Assembly (NCBI GenBank): GCA_951406725.2 | Contig: OX597815.1 | Span: 45,694,001-45,758,000, forward strand | Origin: Octopus vulgaris | Taxonomy: Eukaryota | DNA: 64,000 nucleotides | Reading direction: 5' to 3' | Part shown: positions 51,330 to 64,000 of the stretch, in pieces | How the letters are laid out: every line of letters begins with the position of its first letter | How positions within the stretch are numbered: position 1 is the stretch's first letter | The notes under the pieces: model-generated | The model's input: the letters and a program-made list of their open reading frames with translations, nothing else | What the model was told of the DNA's origin: nothing | Databases searched by the model: none | Position numbers and translations under genes: made by a program

Positions 51330-53072
51330 TCCCTTGCAGGACACTCATGCAATATTATTCCTGAATAAGATCACTTGTCAGATCAACTTCATGTATTTAC
51401 AATAACATGAATTCAAAAACTGAATTTAGTGTGGTAGAATTCAAAACAGGGAACCACACACAGTAGTATATCACATTGTAAACAATGGCGTCCAGTTTCC
51501 TTACATTTCCCTTTTGCTTTACATACTGTGCATCTCTTTGAAGCATCTGTCTTCTTGGTGATGGGGGGAAACCGTCATGGAAAATATCCACATTCCTTCA
51601 CCATGCAGTGAGGCAAGAGTTTGCCATGGGGATGTCCACATGTTCTGAACTTTGGCAGGTCTGATGCTTCTATCCTATCTTGGAACAATAGATTCCTAAA
51701 TATCAATCCATACCCCACGCCACCAAGTATCTGCCAAATCAAATGTGAGTTCACGACATACAAATCAACAATATACAAGAAAATTTTTTGTACCATTTCA
51801 CAAATTTTCTCACCAATTTGTGTGTCATGACCAGCTGATCAGAGTGATTGACCCCATCTATCACTTCATTGTATGAAGCAACTACACTTGGTTTCATTAT
51901 GGCATTACCATCTGCATCTTGTTTCCTAGTATCCTTCATGTTTGTTGAATGCATTGTGGATAACATGCAGATGTTTTTCTTGTCATACCACACTAGAGTG
52001 AGAATTCCACTATCGGTGCATCGGTATGCTGTTTCCCCCTTTCAAAGTTTTATCTTGTGAAGATTGGAGACATGTTTTTCCTGTGTATCCTCACAGTCCC
52101 ACAGGCATTAGTCCTGCTCACCTGTAGCTGTAGGAAGAGGTATGGACTGGAAAATCAGTTGTCCATATAAATATTGTAGCCTTTGTCAAACAAGTTTTCA
52201 TTCAGCAACAACATGGCATCAGTTGACGCTAGAGTAGACACTGGAAGATCCAATATTTCTTGATGTGTGTAGATTTTGTAATTCCACATTTCATCCATCA
52301 AAAACTTATGGAAGATTTCCAATGGCAAACTTCCATTTCCATGGTTTGCCTTTATACCAGGTGTACTGTAAACCCATGCTGTCAGACAAAATTGTCTCTC
52401 ACTCACCACACATTTTGTTGTTCAGGGCCATTCACTGCTGCTCGTCTGTACCTCTGAATCACCAGAATATCATCATCACTATTGGAATCATCTGATTCTG
52501 AACTAGGAAAATACTCACTCTCTGAGTAATCATCCGAAACAGAAGAAACAATTGGTGAGGTGGTGGAGTTTGGTGTAGCTTGGTATGATGACCATAAATT
52601 TGACGATGAAGTTGACAGAGTCGGAGTGGCAGGATGCAATGACAATGATGATGGAACTGGAGTAGTAGAATGTGAGGAAGCAGGAGCGGCACGACATGAT
52701 GATGAATGTGACAAAGCTGGTAGTGGGACGTAATGATGAAGTCGATGTGGTGGGATGCAATTGTAAATTATGTGCAGGGCCAGAAGGTTCAGCTACAGCA
52801 GAATTCCTGCGAGCACTGACAGTACAAGATGATGAGCATAGATTGGTTTTGAGTTGATTGGAAGCCATATTGCTAATGTAGTATGATCACCAAAATTACG
52901 GCTTATATAGGAATAAAACCTGCATCTGGGCTGTAAATATTTACATGAAACATCTAACCAGCCTATCAGTTGGGAGGTGGATGAGTACTAACTCAGGCAG
53001 CATATAATTATGTTGACCGATTTAAAGTATGTACATTGCGTGCATAAATTTATATCAACCATTTTAAAAGAG
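51330..53072 (-). mobile_element. Decayed piggyBac (PGBD4-like) transposon; left boundary approximate
   Basis: GYNIYMDN*FSSP, VWYDKKNICMLSTMH, KPSVVASYNEVIDGVNHSDQ, KWYKKF motifs; Ser/Asp-rich N-terminus; end aaaagag|ttaa. Confidence 0.85.
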
Positions 53073-54380
53073 TTAACCATACAAGACTACACCTATGCAA
53101 TCACAGAATGTTATATATGACTGTATGGTAAGAAGCTTGCTTCCCAACCACATGGTTCTGAGTTCAGTCCCACTGTGTGGCACCTTGGGAAAGTGTCTTC
53201 TACTATAGCCTCGAGCCGACCAAAGTCTTGTGAGTGGACTTGGTAGACGGACACTGAAAGAAGTCTATTGTGTGTGTGTGAGTGTGTGTGTCTTTGTGTC
53301 TGTGTTTGTCCCCCCATCATCCCTTGATGACCAGTGTTGGTGTGTTTGAGTCCCTGTAACTTGGCAGTTTAGCAAAGAGGCCAATAGAATAAGTACTAGG
53401 ACTTAAACAGTAAGTTTGACAAAAGCACTTCAAGGCAGTGCTCTGGCATAGCCACAATAGGGTGGCTGAAACAAATAAAAGAACACACACACTCACACAC
53501 ATACACATGTAGTATATGTTTTAATGATTACTGTTGATTTCTGTAACAGGGAAAAAATTATTTAATTGCTAAGAGCAATGTTAAAAACCATGGAGAATGA
53601 ATTTCCTTTATCAAATGTCATAGACCAAATGTCAAAGAAGCATTTATATTCTATAGCAAAGAATCAGCTTGAATTTAATTTCACATTTTGGTAAGTTTAT
53701 AAGTTACTGTCATGTAAGTGTAGATATATGTGTGCATTAATTTTAGTTGCTGAAATTTCACCATCATAAAAAAAAAAATTGCTCATTAATAAGTATATTT
53801 CTTCATGCTAAATGAACCTTTGAAAAAAAAAAAAGATTCATTCAATAAATATACTTTTTTTAAGAGCATTGTAGTTTGCTTGAAGCATTGTAGCATAGAA
53901 ATAGAAAATGAAGGAAAAGAGATAAGGAAAGCTTCTAACAATGCAAAGACACATCTTCAGAAGAAAGCAGTCCAAGATATGTGTGTTTACATAGATTTCA
54001 CTGTGACTATGACGAACACACGCCACCGCTACTGCTACACCATGGGAAAATATATTAGAATGACCACAACCAACAGTTGGAGAGTTGATGCTGCTGCTAA
54101 TCCAAACACCTAGCAGTTTAAAGTAATGAATTCTATGTAAACATGCATTTCTTTGACTGCTTTCTTCTGAAGCAAAAGAGACCAATAGAATAAGTATCAG
54201 GCTTAAAAAAAGTACTGGGTTTGATTCATTCCACTAAATATTCTTCAAGGCAGTACCACAGCATGGCTGCAGTCTAATGAGTGAAACAAGTAAAAGATAA
54301 AAGGTATGTGTGTGTGTGTGTGCATGTGAGTAACTTTGTCTTTACTTCAAGTGATTGTTATATAAGAGACATCACCATTA

Positions 54381-54795
54381 TAGGCGCAGGAGTGGCTGTG
54401 TGGTAAGTAGCCTGCTTACCAATCACAAAGCTCTGGGTTCAGTCTCACTGTGTGGCATCTTGGGCAAGTGTCTTCTACTATAGCCTCAGGCCAACCAAAA
54501 CCTTGTGAGTGGATTTAGTAGATGGAAACTAAAAGAAGCCCATCGTATATATATGTATATATGTGTGTGTGTGTGTGTTTGTATGTTTGTGTATCTGCGT
54601 TTGTCCCCCTAGCATTGCTTGACAACCGATGCTGGTGTGTTTATGTCCCCGTCACTTAGCGGTTCAGCAAAAGAGACTGATAAAATAAGTACTAGGCTTA
54701 CAAAGAATAAGTCCTGGGGTCGATTTGCTCGACTAAAGGCAGTGCTCCAGCATGGCTGCAGTCAAATGACTGAAACAAGTAAAAGAGTAAAAGAG
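54381..54795 (+). mobile_element. SINE family A, full-length
   Basis: Complete head-to-tail copy; similar one at 53120-53480. Confidence 0.85.
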
Positions 54796-57581
54796 ATGTT
54801 GTTTGTTTCCAGGCTACCATCCAAAAAAAGTTTGGTCATGGAGAAATTTTACCTTGCTTAGAAATAGGTGAGGGTTGACAACAAGAAGGGCGTCAGGTTT
54901 TAGAAAATTTGCCTCATAACATTCCATCTGACCTATGTAAATATGGAAAAGGCTACATTAAATGATGATGTTGATGATAAAAATGGCTTCTCCTTGTCAA
55001 AGTTAGCTTATCTCATATTATTTCCACTCAGGCTTTCCAACTCATTCATCATTCTTTCACTCATCAGTCATATTGTGGCCCAGGTCCTGCATTAACCACT
55101 TTTCTTAGTCCTTGCTGTCTGCATTAACCTTCTAGTATTTCCTCTCTGCCTGTGGTTCTCTAGCTGATGCCAACTTACAAGTATGCTTGAGATCATGTCA
55201 ATTAATAGAATGGCCATTTTTTGGTCATGGTCTAGGATTGCCGCAATGTGTAGCACCATCTTAGGGATGAGAGCAGCACTCAGTAGGGCTCAAATATGAG
55301 CTTTCTGGCTCTGAAGAGTAAAACTAGACTTTGTCACTATAACTGCTCTATAAGTCTGTGGTCTTGCACTTTATTTAGAAATTAGTCCTACTCTCTGTAA
55401 TGAATACTTTATTCTCAATCAAAGCAAAGTTCAAAATCTAAAATTCAATTTATTCTTCAAATGGTTTCTTTTCCATTTTGTTTTCAAATGTCTTTTGATA
55501 TGATCAAACTTCACTTGTCAATTCAAATCTCAAAGGTTTCAAATTCATTTTGAAAACAATAATTTTAATAATATTGTGTGGAGAGGTGGTGGAAAAGTGC
55601 TAAGCTAAATACTTTGTGATATTTCTTTTGTATCTTTTGCTTATGAGTTCAAATTCCTCTGTTTCAACAGCTGGGGTTGACTTAGTCATAAACTGGCTTT
55701 GCTTGTGATTGGAATGCCAAAAGCAGATTGTTTACAACACAAACAAATGATATAGTGTTTTAGGCTCTACAGTTCTACCTAACTTTTAACCCTAATGTTT
55801 CAATGGGAAGTTGAATTAACTAGTGAAAGCTGTATGCATGTGATAAGCAGGCAGAATGCTGAACAGTTTTTTTGTTTCTCAGGATTTACATTTTGTCAGG
55901 GTTAACTTCATCTGAGGTCAGCAAAATATATAGCCAAGCCTAAAACAAGAAATATGAGATTTAGGGAGACTGATACAATTTATACCATTTTTTGAAACAC
56001 ATGTTTCTTGATGTAATTCATTCAGTTGAATACTTTATTTTCATTTTATTTTATAGTTCAAGAGAAGAGAGAGGTTATATAGTCCAGTGGTTCTTAACTG
56101 GAGTCCATATAAGATTTTGTTAAAATTTATGTTCAAGACATTGCTTATATTTCTACTATACACAAAATATTTTAACATTTTTTTATATAATTCTTAATAT
56201 GCAATTATAAAAAACAGTAGTATTCTTTATACAGACCAAATGGCTATAGAGATCCATTTGAATAGAATAGGAATCAAAGGGGTTACATAGGCAAAAAATA
56301 GTTGAAAACTACTGATGTAGCCCTTGCCTTCTTAATATAGTTAATAAAATAGTTGTCCAGAAATTGAAACTGTTCACAGACTTAGTTCCACTAATAACTT
56401 GCTGTCAGAATACAATATCAGCTACAATAGTATTGGATCCTTATATGACAATCACAGGTAGTAAAATGTATTGAGTATCAGCCTAACGAATAAAATGTTA
56501 GCTGTTTGTAACACAACACTATCTCTGCACTATCCCCAAATCATAACACTTAACTTCTAAGGGCTCAACTTAGGGTTATAGCATGATTACTACTACATTA
56601 TTAACTCTGCCTATTTTCAGTCACATTTGTTTGTCCATGGACAAGATATCTGAAGAACCGCTGGATGGATTTGGATGAAACTTTCAGGGATGTTTGACGT
56701 CGGGACTAGCACAAACTGATTTGATTTTGGGATTGATCTGGTACCAGTCAAGGATTCTGGATTATCTTTCCGTTTTTTTTTACTTAACTTCTGAGAGCAG
56801 TTGGGTTCATTTCTTGTATTTTCATTTGTGAGAGCAGTTGAGTTTATTTCAGATATTCTCATTCTAAAAATCATCTCCGATTAATTGTTGAGAGGATGTT
56901 GGTGTTGCCTTGGCAGAGGTTTGCACTTTCTGAGCGCTCTTGTATTCAATTTGTTTTTAAGACACAGTTTTTATTGGGGACAGGATCAATCAATGTGGCA
57001 TATTATTATTAGAGTTGTTAGCACACTGGGCAAAATGCTTAGCGGTATTTCATCTGCTGCTACATTCTGAGTTCAAATTCCACCGAAGTCAACTTTGCCT
57101 TTCATCATTTCGGAGTTGATAAATTAAGTACCAGTTGAGTACAGGGGTCAATGTAATCAACTCTCCCCTCCCCAAATTTCAGGCCTTCTGCCTATGGTAG
57201 AAAGGATTATTATTATTATTATTGTTGGGACTCAGAAGTGAACTCAGGAAGGGAACGATACATAAATAAATATTACAAAGCTTTTAGCTTGGCACCTTCT
57301 GCCCAATATTACAAATAATATTAATTTGCACATCAAGGATCAGTGAGCTGGCAGAATTGTTAGCACACTGGGCAAAATGCTTAGCAGCATTTTGTCCTTC
57401 TTTACGTTCTGAGTTCTAATTCCACTGAGGTTGACTTTATCTTTCATTCTTTTGGGGTTAATGAAATAAGTACCAGTTGAGCACTGGGAGTTGATGTAAT
57501 TGACTTCACCCACTCCTTCAAAATGCTGGCCTTGTGCTGAAATTTGAAATCAATATTAATCTGCACATCTAATTTAACTTG

Positions 57582-57719
57582 GCAACAGGCACCAAGCACT
57601 GAATACCAAATCAAAAGTCCATCAAACTGATTAGACATCACTAACTGTTTAGTCAGTGTTAAACTATATCGATTTGACAGATTTTTTGATCTAGAATTTG
57701 GTGCTTGGGTGCCTGTTGC
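57582..57719. repeat. Imperfect hairpin/MITE-like inverted repeat with an inner stem-loop
   Basis: gcaacaggcaccaagcact...atcaaa / tttgat...ggtgcttgggtgcctgttgc; inner actgattagaca/tgtttagtcagt. Confidence 0.65.
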
Positions 57720-59130
57720 TGATGCTGCGCAATTTACACTGAAATCATGTGATACAACAGTCTCATAAGTTGGTGATGATGAAATTTCATCAAGCAATAT
57801 AATCTATACTTTTTAGCACCTAACGTCTGGACAAGAGGATTTCTCAGGACAATTACTGCAGTCTATGGTGTTCTTAACAACACATTGAAGTTAAGTTGGA
57901 TGTGCTAATCAAATCAATATTCGTTACAAATATAGCGTCTGTCACTAATAGCTAATAAATAATATTGTTTTTTAACATAATTTGAAGCCTTTGAAATTTG
58001 AATTGAGAAGTGAGGTTGATTATATCAAAAGGATATCTGAAAAAATTATATAGAAATCATTTGAAATGTAAATTGAATTTAAATCATAGACTTTGCTATG
58101 GCTATCTGAGTGAGAACTTGCTATACATTTCAGTGAATAGCACTGATTGCTGCAAGAGCTCAGACTATTTGCCTTCTTATACCTCAAGGGACTACCCTAA
58201 TACTTTGTCGTCTTCATCTTTCTTTCTCTCCATCTTTACTACTACCCAGTCAGATATAATGCATGTAGCCATGTATCTTCTGCAACAAGAAACCTGTTCT
58301 GGCCCTTTCTTTCGTACTTTAACTTTTCATTACTTGGTATAAAGCTGTCCCCACCTTTCAACTGTAATTCCATTCATTTGAATGGGATCTTAGTTTTGTG
58401 AGCCACATGGCAACTTCGTTAGTGCTGTTGACATGAGAAAAGCATCCAGTACACTCTGTAAAGTAGTTGGTGTTAGGAAGGGTATCTAGCTGTAGGAACC
58501 ATACCAAATCAGACATTGGAACATAATGCAGTCTTCTGATCCACCAGATCCTGTGATATATATATATATATATATCATCATCATCATCATTTAACGTCCA
58601 CTTTCCATGCTAGCATGGGTTGGACGTATGACTGAGGGCTGGTGAACCAGATGGCTGCACCAGGCTTCAATCTTGATTTGGCAGAGCTTCTACAGCTGGA
58701 TGCCCTTCCTAACACCAATCACTCCGAGAGTGTAGTGGGTACCTTTACGTGCCACCGGCACGGGACCAGTCAGGCGGCACTGGCAACGACCTCGCTTGAA
58801 TCTTTTACACATGCCACCAGCACAGGTGCCAGTAAGGCAATGCTGGCAACGATCACGCTTGAATGGTGTCTTTTATGTGCTACCAGCACGGAGGCCAGAT
58901 AGCTGCTCTGGCAACGATCACACTTGGATGGTGCTCTTAATTCCCTACTAGCACGGGGCTTGAGTGCCAGTAATGCGACGCTGGTAACGATCATGCTCAA
59001 ATGCTGCCTTTTAAGTGCCACTGGCACGGAAGCCGGTAAGCCGCTCTGTCAATGATCATACTCGTATGGTGATCTTTGCACCCTGCTAGCACGGACTCCA
59101 GTCATTGAATTTGATTTTTGATTTCACTTG

Positions 59131-59173
<43 letters not shown>

Positions 59174-59174
<1 letters not shown>

Positions 59175-59467
59175 TAGCAGTATTGCCCGGCATTGCTTGG
59201 GTTTGTAAGGGAAATAATTATATAAGCATTTTTAGAGAGTTACTTCCCTTATATAACCCGAGCAAAAATCATTAAAAATGCGGAAAAATTATGGTAAATT
59301 TTTTTTAAAATCGTAGACACGCACTAATACCCAGAAGGGCTCGATATGAATCATGACTATAAGATACCCGCTTTTGGTTAAACTGCACGGCAAAGTGTGG
59401 GAGTAGTTAGGAATCTAAATCGGAGTAGACAGACGCACACACACAACTTTAGTTTTATATATAAAGA
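59174..59467 (-). mobile_element. Non-autonomous Helitron in (TA)n, same family as 19706-20090
   Basis: 5'-TC, subterminal cccaagcaatgccggg hairpin, 3'-CTAG, A|T insertion. Confidence 0.85.
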
Positions 59468-60560
59468 TATATATATATGCTATCAAATAACAGAGTAGAA
59501 TGTATTTTATTCACTTAATCCCTCTTAATACAGTTTGTCACTAGTATTTAACTATAAAACTGAATATTTACTACCTGTGCATTTCTTGCATGTATGAGAG
59601 ATATAGCCAGGTTCTAAAGTTAGGAATAAGCAAATAATAAAAAAAGGCACAGTGGCACATTGAACAATTTTAAACTCATTTCTCTTATATTACTTGAAAT
59701 ATTTCATTAGTTATAATATATATAACTGTATTCTACATTCATTAATTTCATGTTTTAGTAACAATATCATTATGTATGTGGTGTGAAGAAGATGAAATTC
59801 CATAGTATCATCCAATGTTGAGAGGTTATGATGTTAGGGTTGTTTTGGTTCTTCAGACGTCAGCAGCCCCCAATACATCACAGAAGATTGAGCTGACAGT
59901 TCAGAAATATGGGAAGTTGATCAAGTAAAGTAATGACTTTAGAAAGTTCTTCCAAGTCCATGTGATTAGCAAAAAGAAAGAGATTTGACTTTTATTGCAC
60001 AAAGGAACTAAAGAGTTAAAAAAATTGTTGAAACGCTGCCAATTTTGAAAAATGTGCTTGTGGGGAGCAGTCGCTCACCTTGTTCCTCTGATGAGTACAC
60101 ATTAGTTTATATATAACAGAAGACACAAGTTGTCCATGGCATTCTATTTTTTCTTGTGGGATTTGAAATTGTATTGCAGATTTGGTTTACTGAAAATGTA
60201 CTCTTTCACTGCAGTTCTAGTTATTAATAAAGTATTTTCTGTCTTTTACATTCTGAGTTCATATTCCGCTGAGGTCAACTTTGTCTTTCATCCTTTCAGG
60301 GTTGCTGAAATAAGTACTAGGTGAACACTGGGGTCGATGTACTTGACTATCCCTCTCTCGACATAATTTCAGGGCTTGTGCTTATAATAAGATTCTAGTA
60401 AGTTCTGAGTTCAAATACCTCTGAAATTAACTTTACCCTTCATCTCTCCAAGAAAGAGAAAGTATTAGTCAAATACAGGAATTGACTAGCCTCTGTGCCA
60501 TAAAATGCCTTCATTGTACACAAGGACAGCTTCCTGAGATAGAGAATTTAATTGTTTAAA

Positions 60561-61258
60561 TCGAATCCAGCAATCCTACACAAGTGTACCCACTCCCGAC
60601 TTTGTTTCCTCATAACTTCTAGGAAAATGGATATTTTTTTTAATGAAATTTTTTATATGTTCCAGATTACGATTATATCGGAGTTGAATGTGAAGAATTT
60701 TTTTCCGAGAGTATGGTGAGGAGTTTCAGAAAATTCACACGAGTTGGCTTTGTTTCCTTATAACTTTAAGAAAAATGGATATATTCCAATGAAATTTTCT
60801 AAAAATACCTTTACAGAGAGTGTAGAATATAATCATATCGGAATTTGATATGAAAACGAAATTGGGGGACTCTTATACATACATACAGACACACATCACA
60901 ATTTTTTCCATTTTGTAGATATATATGACGTGTGTCAGTATGCATGTGTACAAGGCCACCAATTTTTTTACATATGAAATTTTGATATAATCATAATCTG
61001 TACATTCTCTAAGATATTTGTAGAACATTTCATAAAAAATTACCCATTTTTCTGAAAGTTATGAGGAAACAAAGCCAACGTATGTGAAACTCCCCACCCC
61101 ACCCTCGGAAAATATTTTTCACCACAAATTCCGATACAACCGGAATCTATATCATCTGAAGCGAATATATAGAAAATTTCTTTAAAAAATATCCAGTTTT
61201 CTGGAAGTTATAAGGTAACACAGTCGGCGGGGGCACTCGTGTAGGTTATGCCTCGAAT
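60561..61258. mobile_element. Foldback-type element with about 300-bp modular inverted arms
   Basis: cctacacaagtgtaccc..ccgactttgtttcctcataacttc / gaagttataaggtaacacagtcgg..gggcactcgtgtagg; each arm has two ctttgtttcc..ataactt..aaatggata modules. Confidence 0.75.
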
Positions 61259-61559
61259 TCCCCTATCAACAAATATATAATTTGAGAAAAGTCGAAGTCG
61301 ACACTGTCAGGGATCGAACTCTGAACCGCGACGCAGCGACTAGCTATTGTATAGTATCAAGTCCAGCGTGGTGTTCGTACGTTATGTTTATAAAATACAC
61401 GTCCATAACAATAATAAAGGATAATATCGTTAGCCTGATCAGCGCATGGTGACCTATTGAAGTTAATAACAACAACCATAATTAAACGACAGCAAAACAA
61501 TAAATAAAATCCAGAAGATGACAGTCAAATATGTAAGAAAAATTAAAGTTCAACTGTCA

Positions 61560-61830
61560 CCGGTCATCCTGAAAACAGCAGCTATTGCAATCGATATCTG
61601 AGAAGAACAAGTGAAGTTGAGTTCTCCTCTTCTCTCTCTTCGCTGCATCGTTTTCCGTCGCTGTGCCAATTTGGTGCTTACAACCAGCCTATTCTAGAAC
61701 AGCAGTTTCTTTCAAGCGAACACCTAGTAGTTCATTCCATCATTCCCACAGTAGGTCTCCCGCAGGCGCTCGCTCTTCAACTTCTACAAACACAAATTTT
61801 TAAAAAACACCCAGGAAAAATGGCGGAAAT
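61560..61830. promoter_or_regulatory. CpG-retaining, probably housekeeping (possibly bidirectional) promoter/5' UTR
   Basis: Repeat-free and CpG-retaining relative to the upstream 60 kb; DRE-like ATCGATA near 61590, CCAAT near 61666, pyrimidine-rich ctcgctcttc, YY1-type AAAATGGCGG over the start codon. Confidence 0.6.
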
Positions 61831-61858
61831 TTGTGAAAATGAGATGCATGAAGAAAAG
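61820..61858 (+). CDS. First coding exon of an unidentified host gene (MAEICENEMHEEK), phase-0 intron follows
   Basis: aaaATGGCG Kozak-like start, 13 open codons, strong donor AAG|gtaaga; no second exon recognised in the window. Confidence 0.65.
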
Positions 61859-63309
61859 GTAAGATATAGGGAACCCGTTGCTTTAAAATTCTTTATTTTG
61901 ATTCTTTAAATTTGATAAGTAATTTAAATATTCAACATTACATATCGATGGTGGTATGATGTTTAGCACACTGGTTGCTTTGAGTTATTTTAAGTTGAAT
62001 TATTCACTACTTAAAGTTTGTGCTTGAGAGAGAGAGAGAGAAGAATGAAGAACTTAGCTGTCTGCTAAAGGCTTGGGAGAGAAAAAAATGTAATAATCCG
62101 CTTGTTGATGCCACTTCGTTTTGTTAACCCCCTCTTTTTTTTAACAACCTGCTTCTTTATTGACTACTGTGTTTTCTCCGACTTATGTTATTATGTTACA
62201 ACTTGACTATTACTTACGGAACATTCGAAGTCTATATACAGAATAACAATTTGAAATCCCTGAATAAAATCATAGATAGTTAATGGATTTACAAAATCAA
62301 ATAATCAAATTGTGTGTATACATATAATACATATACAAGTGTTACCTTTGTGTGTACTTAGAGTCGGAATTCCCTTGCTTGTCAATGTTAAGATTTTTGA
62401 CAATCAAAGAAATGACTTTATATGCTTTACATTCAATCGAGCATTAAACATCGAAACGTTAGAACGTAATGTCTAAGAGAAATAATACAGAACACGAAAT
62501 AAAATTGCCATTAGACAAGAAGTAATGTTTAGAATGTATTTCTATTAATTAAGGAAATGAATTTTAGATTTTAATTAATCATCGGTTAAATGATTTGTTT
62601 ACCTTTTCTCGTCGAAAGACAATAACATCGATAGTTTTTTTTCTTGTTTCCCTCGTAATAACGATATTAATAATTGTTTTTAATAATTCTTTCTATCTGT
62701 CATAGTAAAGAAATACCGTCTGCAATTATTAAAAGACCAAAGTCTTCATTCTTATAATTCTATAATACCTGATTTTTCAGCCTGTGTCAGTTGTCATCAG
62801 TCTTTGTTGCTTAGCTATATTTCTCTTTCTTTGACTGCTGCCACCGATAGATCGTTAGAGATGGCCACAGCATTTGTTGTGGTGATTTCTTCATCATAAC
62901 AGCTGTCTGTTATGAATATCAACAATGATTGATTAACTGGGGGGATGCTTATCGACAGCAAATCAATTCTATAGGAAAATGAAAATAATTTCCTTTAAAT
63001 ATTGAAACTGTATAGCAGCAGGTCACAAGACAGAGATATAATGTTCATAATTTAAAACTTGATGATGACATTTGAAAGTACTATTGTAAACAAATAAATG
63101 TGTGTATATTATGTTCGAAAGGATACGTTCTATTTTTTTCTCTCGCTCTCCTCTCATTCTATAATTAATCGCCTTCTGGATACGTCTAAGCTATTTATTA
63201 ATTTTCCCCTCAGTTTGGTCAGTTACATATATGAACTAAGAATGTTTACCGTAACCTGACATTATTCATTTCCGTTCCTATACACACCAGCGCATAGGTA
63301 TATACGTGC

Positions 63310-63347
<38 letters not shown>

Positions 63348-63477
63348 CACACACACACGTATACACACACACACACATATATATATATACGTTTTTTTTT
63401 TTTGATTTTCTGATATGCGTAACGCTTTATATTAACCTATATATCTATATATACATACACTATATCTACACACACAC

Positions 63478-63537
<60 letters not shown>

Positions 63538-63603
63538 GGTCCCGGGTTGATTCGGGGTTAACCACAGTAAATAAGGTACTCAATACATAGCAGAGTAAAA
63601 TTA

Positions 63604-63729
63604 ATTTATTATATAGAAGGAGCTTCTACAGGACTAGAACTGTTTCATTCAAGAGAAATCTTCAGGAAGCTTCCTGAAGATTTCTCTTGAATGAAACAGT
63701 TCTAGTCCTGTAGAAGCTCCTTCTATATA

Positions 63730-63735
<6 letters not shown>
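63604..63735. repeat. Perfect 132-bp palindrome without spacer, at the end of a short insert in (TA)n
   Basis: Centre aag|ctt at 63669/63670; arms match base for base from 63604 to 63735. Confidence 0.95.
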
Positions 63736-63769
<34 letters not shown>

Positions 63770-64000
63770 CACATACGTATATGTGTGTGAGACAATAATG
63801 TAAAGTATCACTGGAAACCGAGGGGTTAATACAATTGACTACCCCCTGCCTCAAAATTCGAAGCTTTGTTCTTCCTTTGTTGGGTATGACGATGGTTTAA
63901 ATCAGTGGTTCTCAAGCAGCGTCCATATGGCCCCTGATGGTCCATATAAGATTTCTGGGGGTCCACTCAACAAAATAGTAAAATGAGAACCCACAATAGT

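Noticed and set aside
58642-59130. CRISPR-like repeat-spacer appearance of family D arrays
   Set aside because: Eukaryotic context, degenerate repeats, inter-repeat parts homologous to each other, no cas genes
62781-62960. Possible exon 2 of the + strand gene after gatttttcag
   Set aside because: Phase-0 frame stops after 17 codons and no good donor follows

Overview
This is AT-rich, microsatellite-dense eukaryotic DNA. The repeat repertoire looks like an octopod cephalopod (Octopus-like), which is an inference from repeat families. Most of the window is transposon debris: three or four SINE families in dozens of copies, decayed RTE, CR1 and R4-type LINEs, a Neptune-type Penelope-like element (PLE) with an open RT-thumb/GIY-YIG frame, mariner, Tc1 (one DD36E), piggyBac, hAT/pogo/piggyBac MITEs and non-autonomous Helitrons. 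Most ORF-track entries are microsatellite or SINE artefacts. The only well-supported host-gene signal is a CpG-retaining promoter near 61.6-61.8 kb with a + strand first coding exon (MAEICENEMHEEK|gtaaga). A divergent spliced minus-strand transcript is possible but weakly supported. The most interesting signal is a set of minimal type I hammerhead ribozyme motifs in structurally different elements: the PLE 3' end (2151-2195), a tRNA-headed Pol III SINE with a PLE-style inverted 5' junction (40571-40839), and a 131-bp TG...CA/TIR mini-element (38499-38629). Several foldback palindromes, mostly in (TA)n tracts, accompany them. Together these suggest a Penelope-driven family of ribozyme-carrying non-autonomous retroelements.
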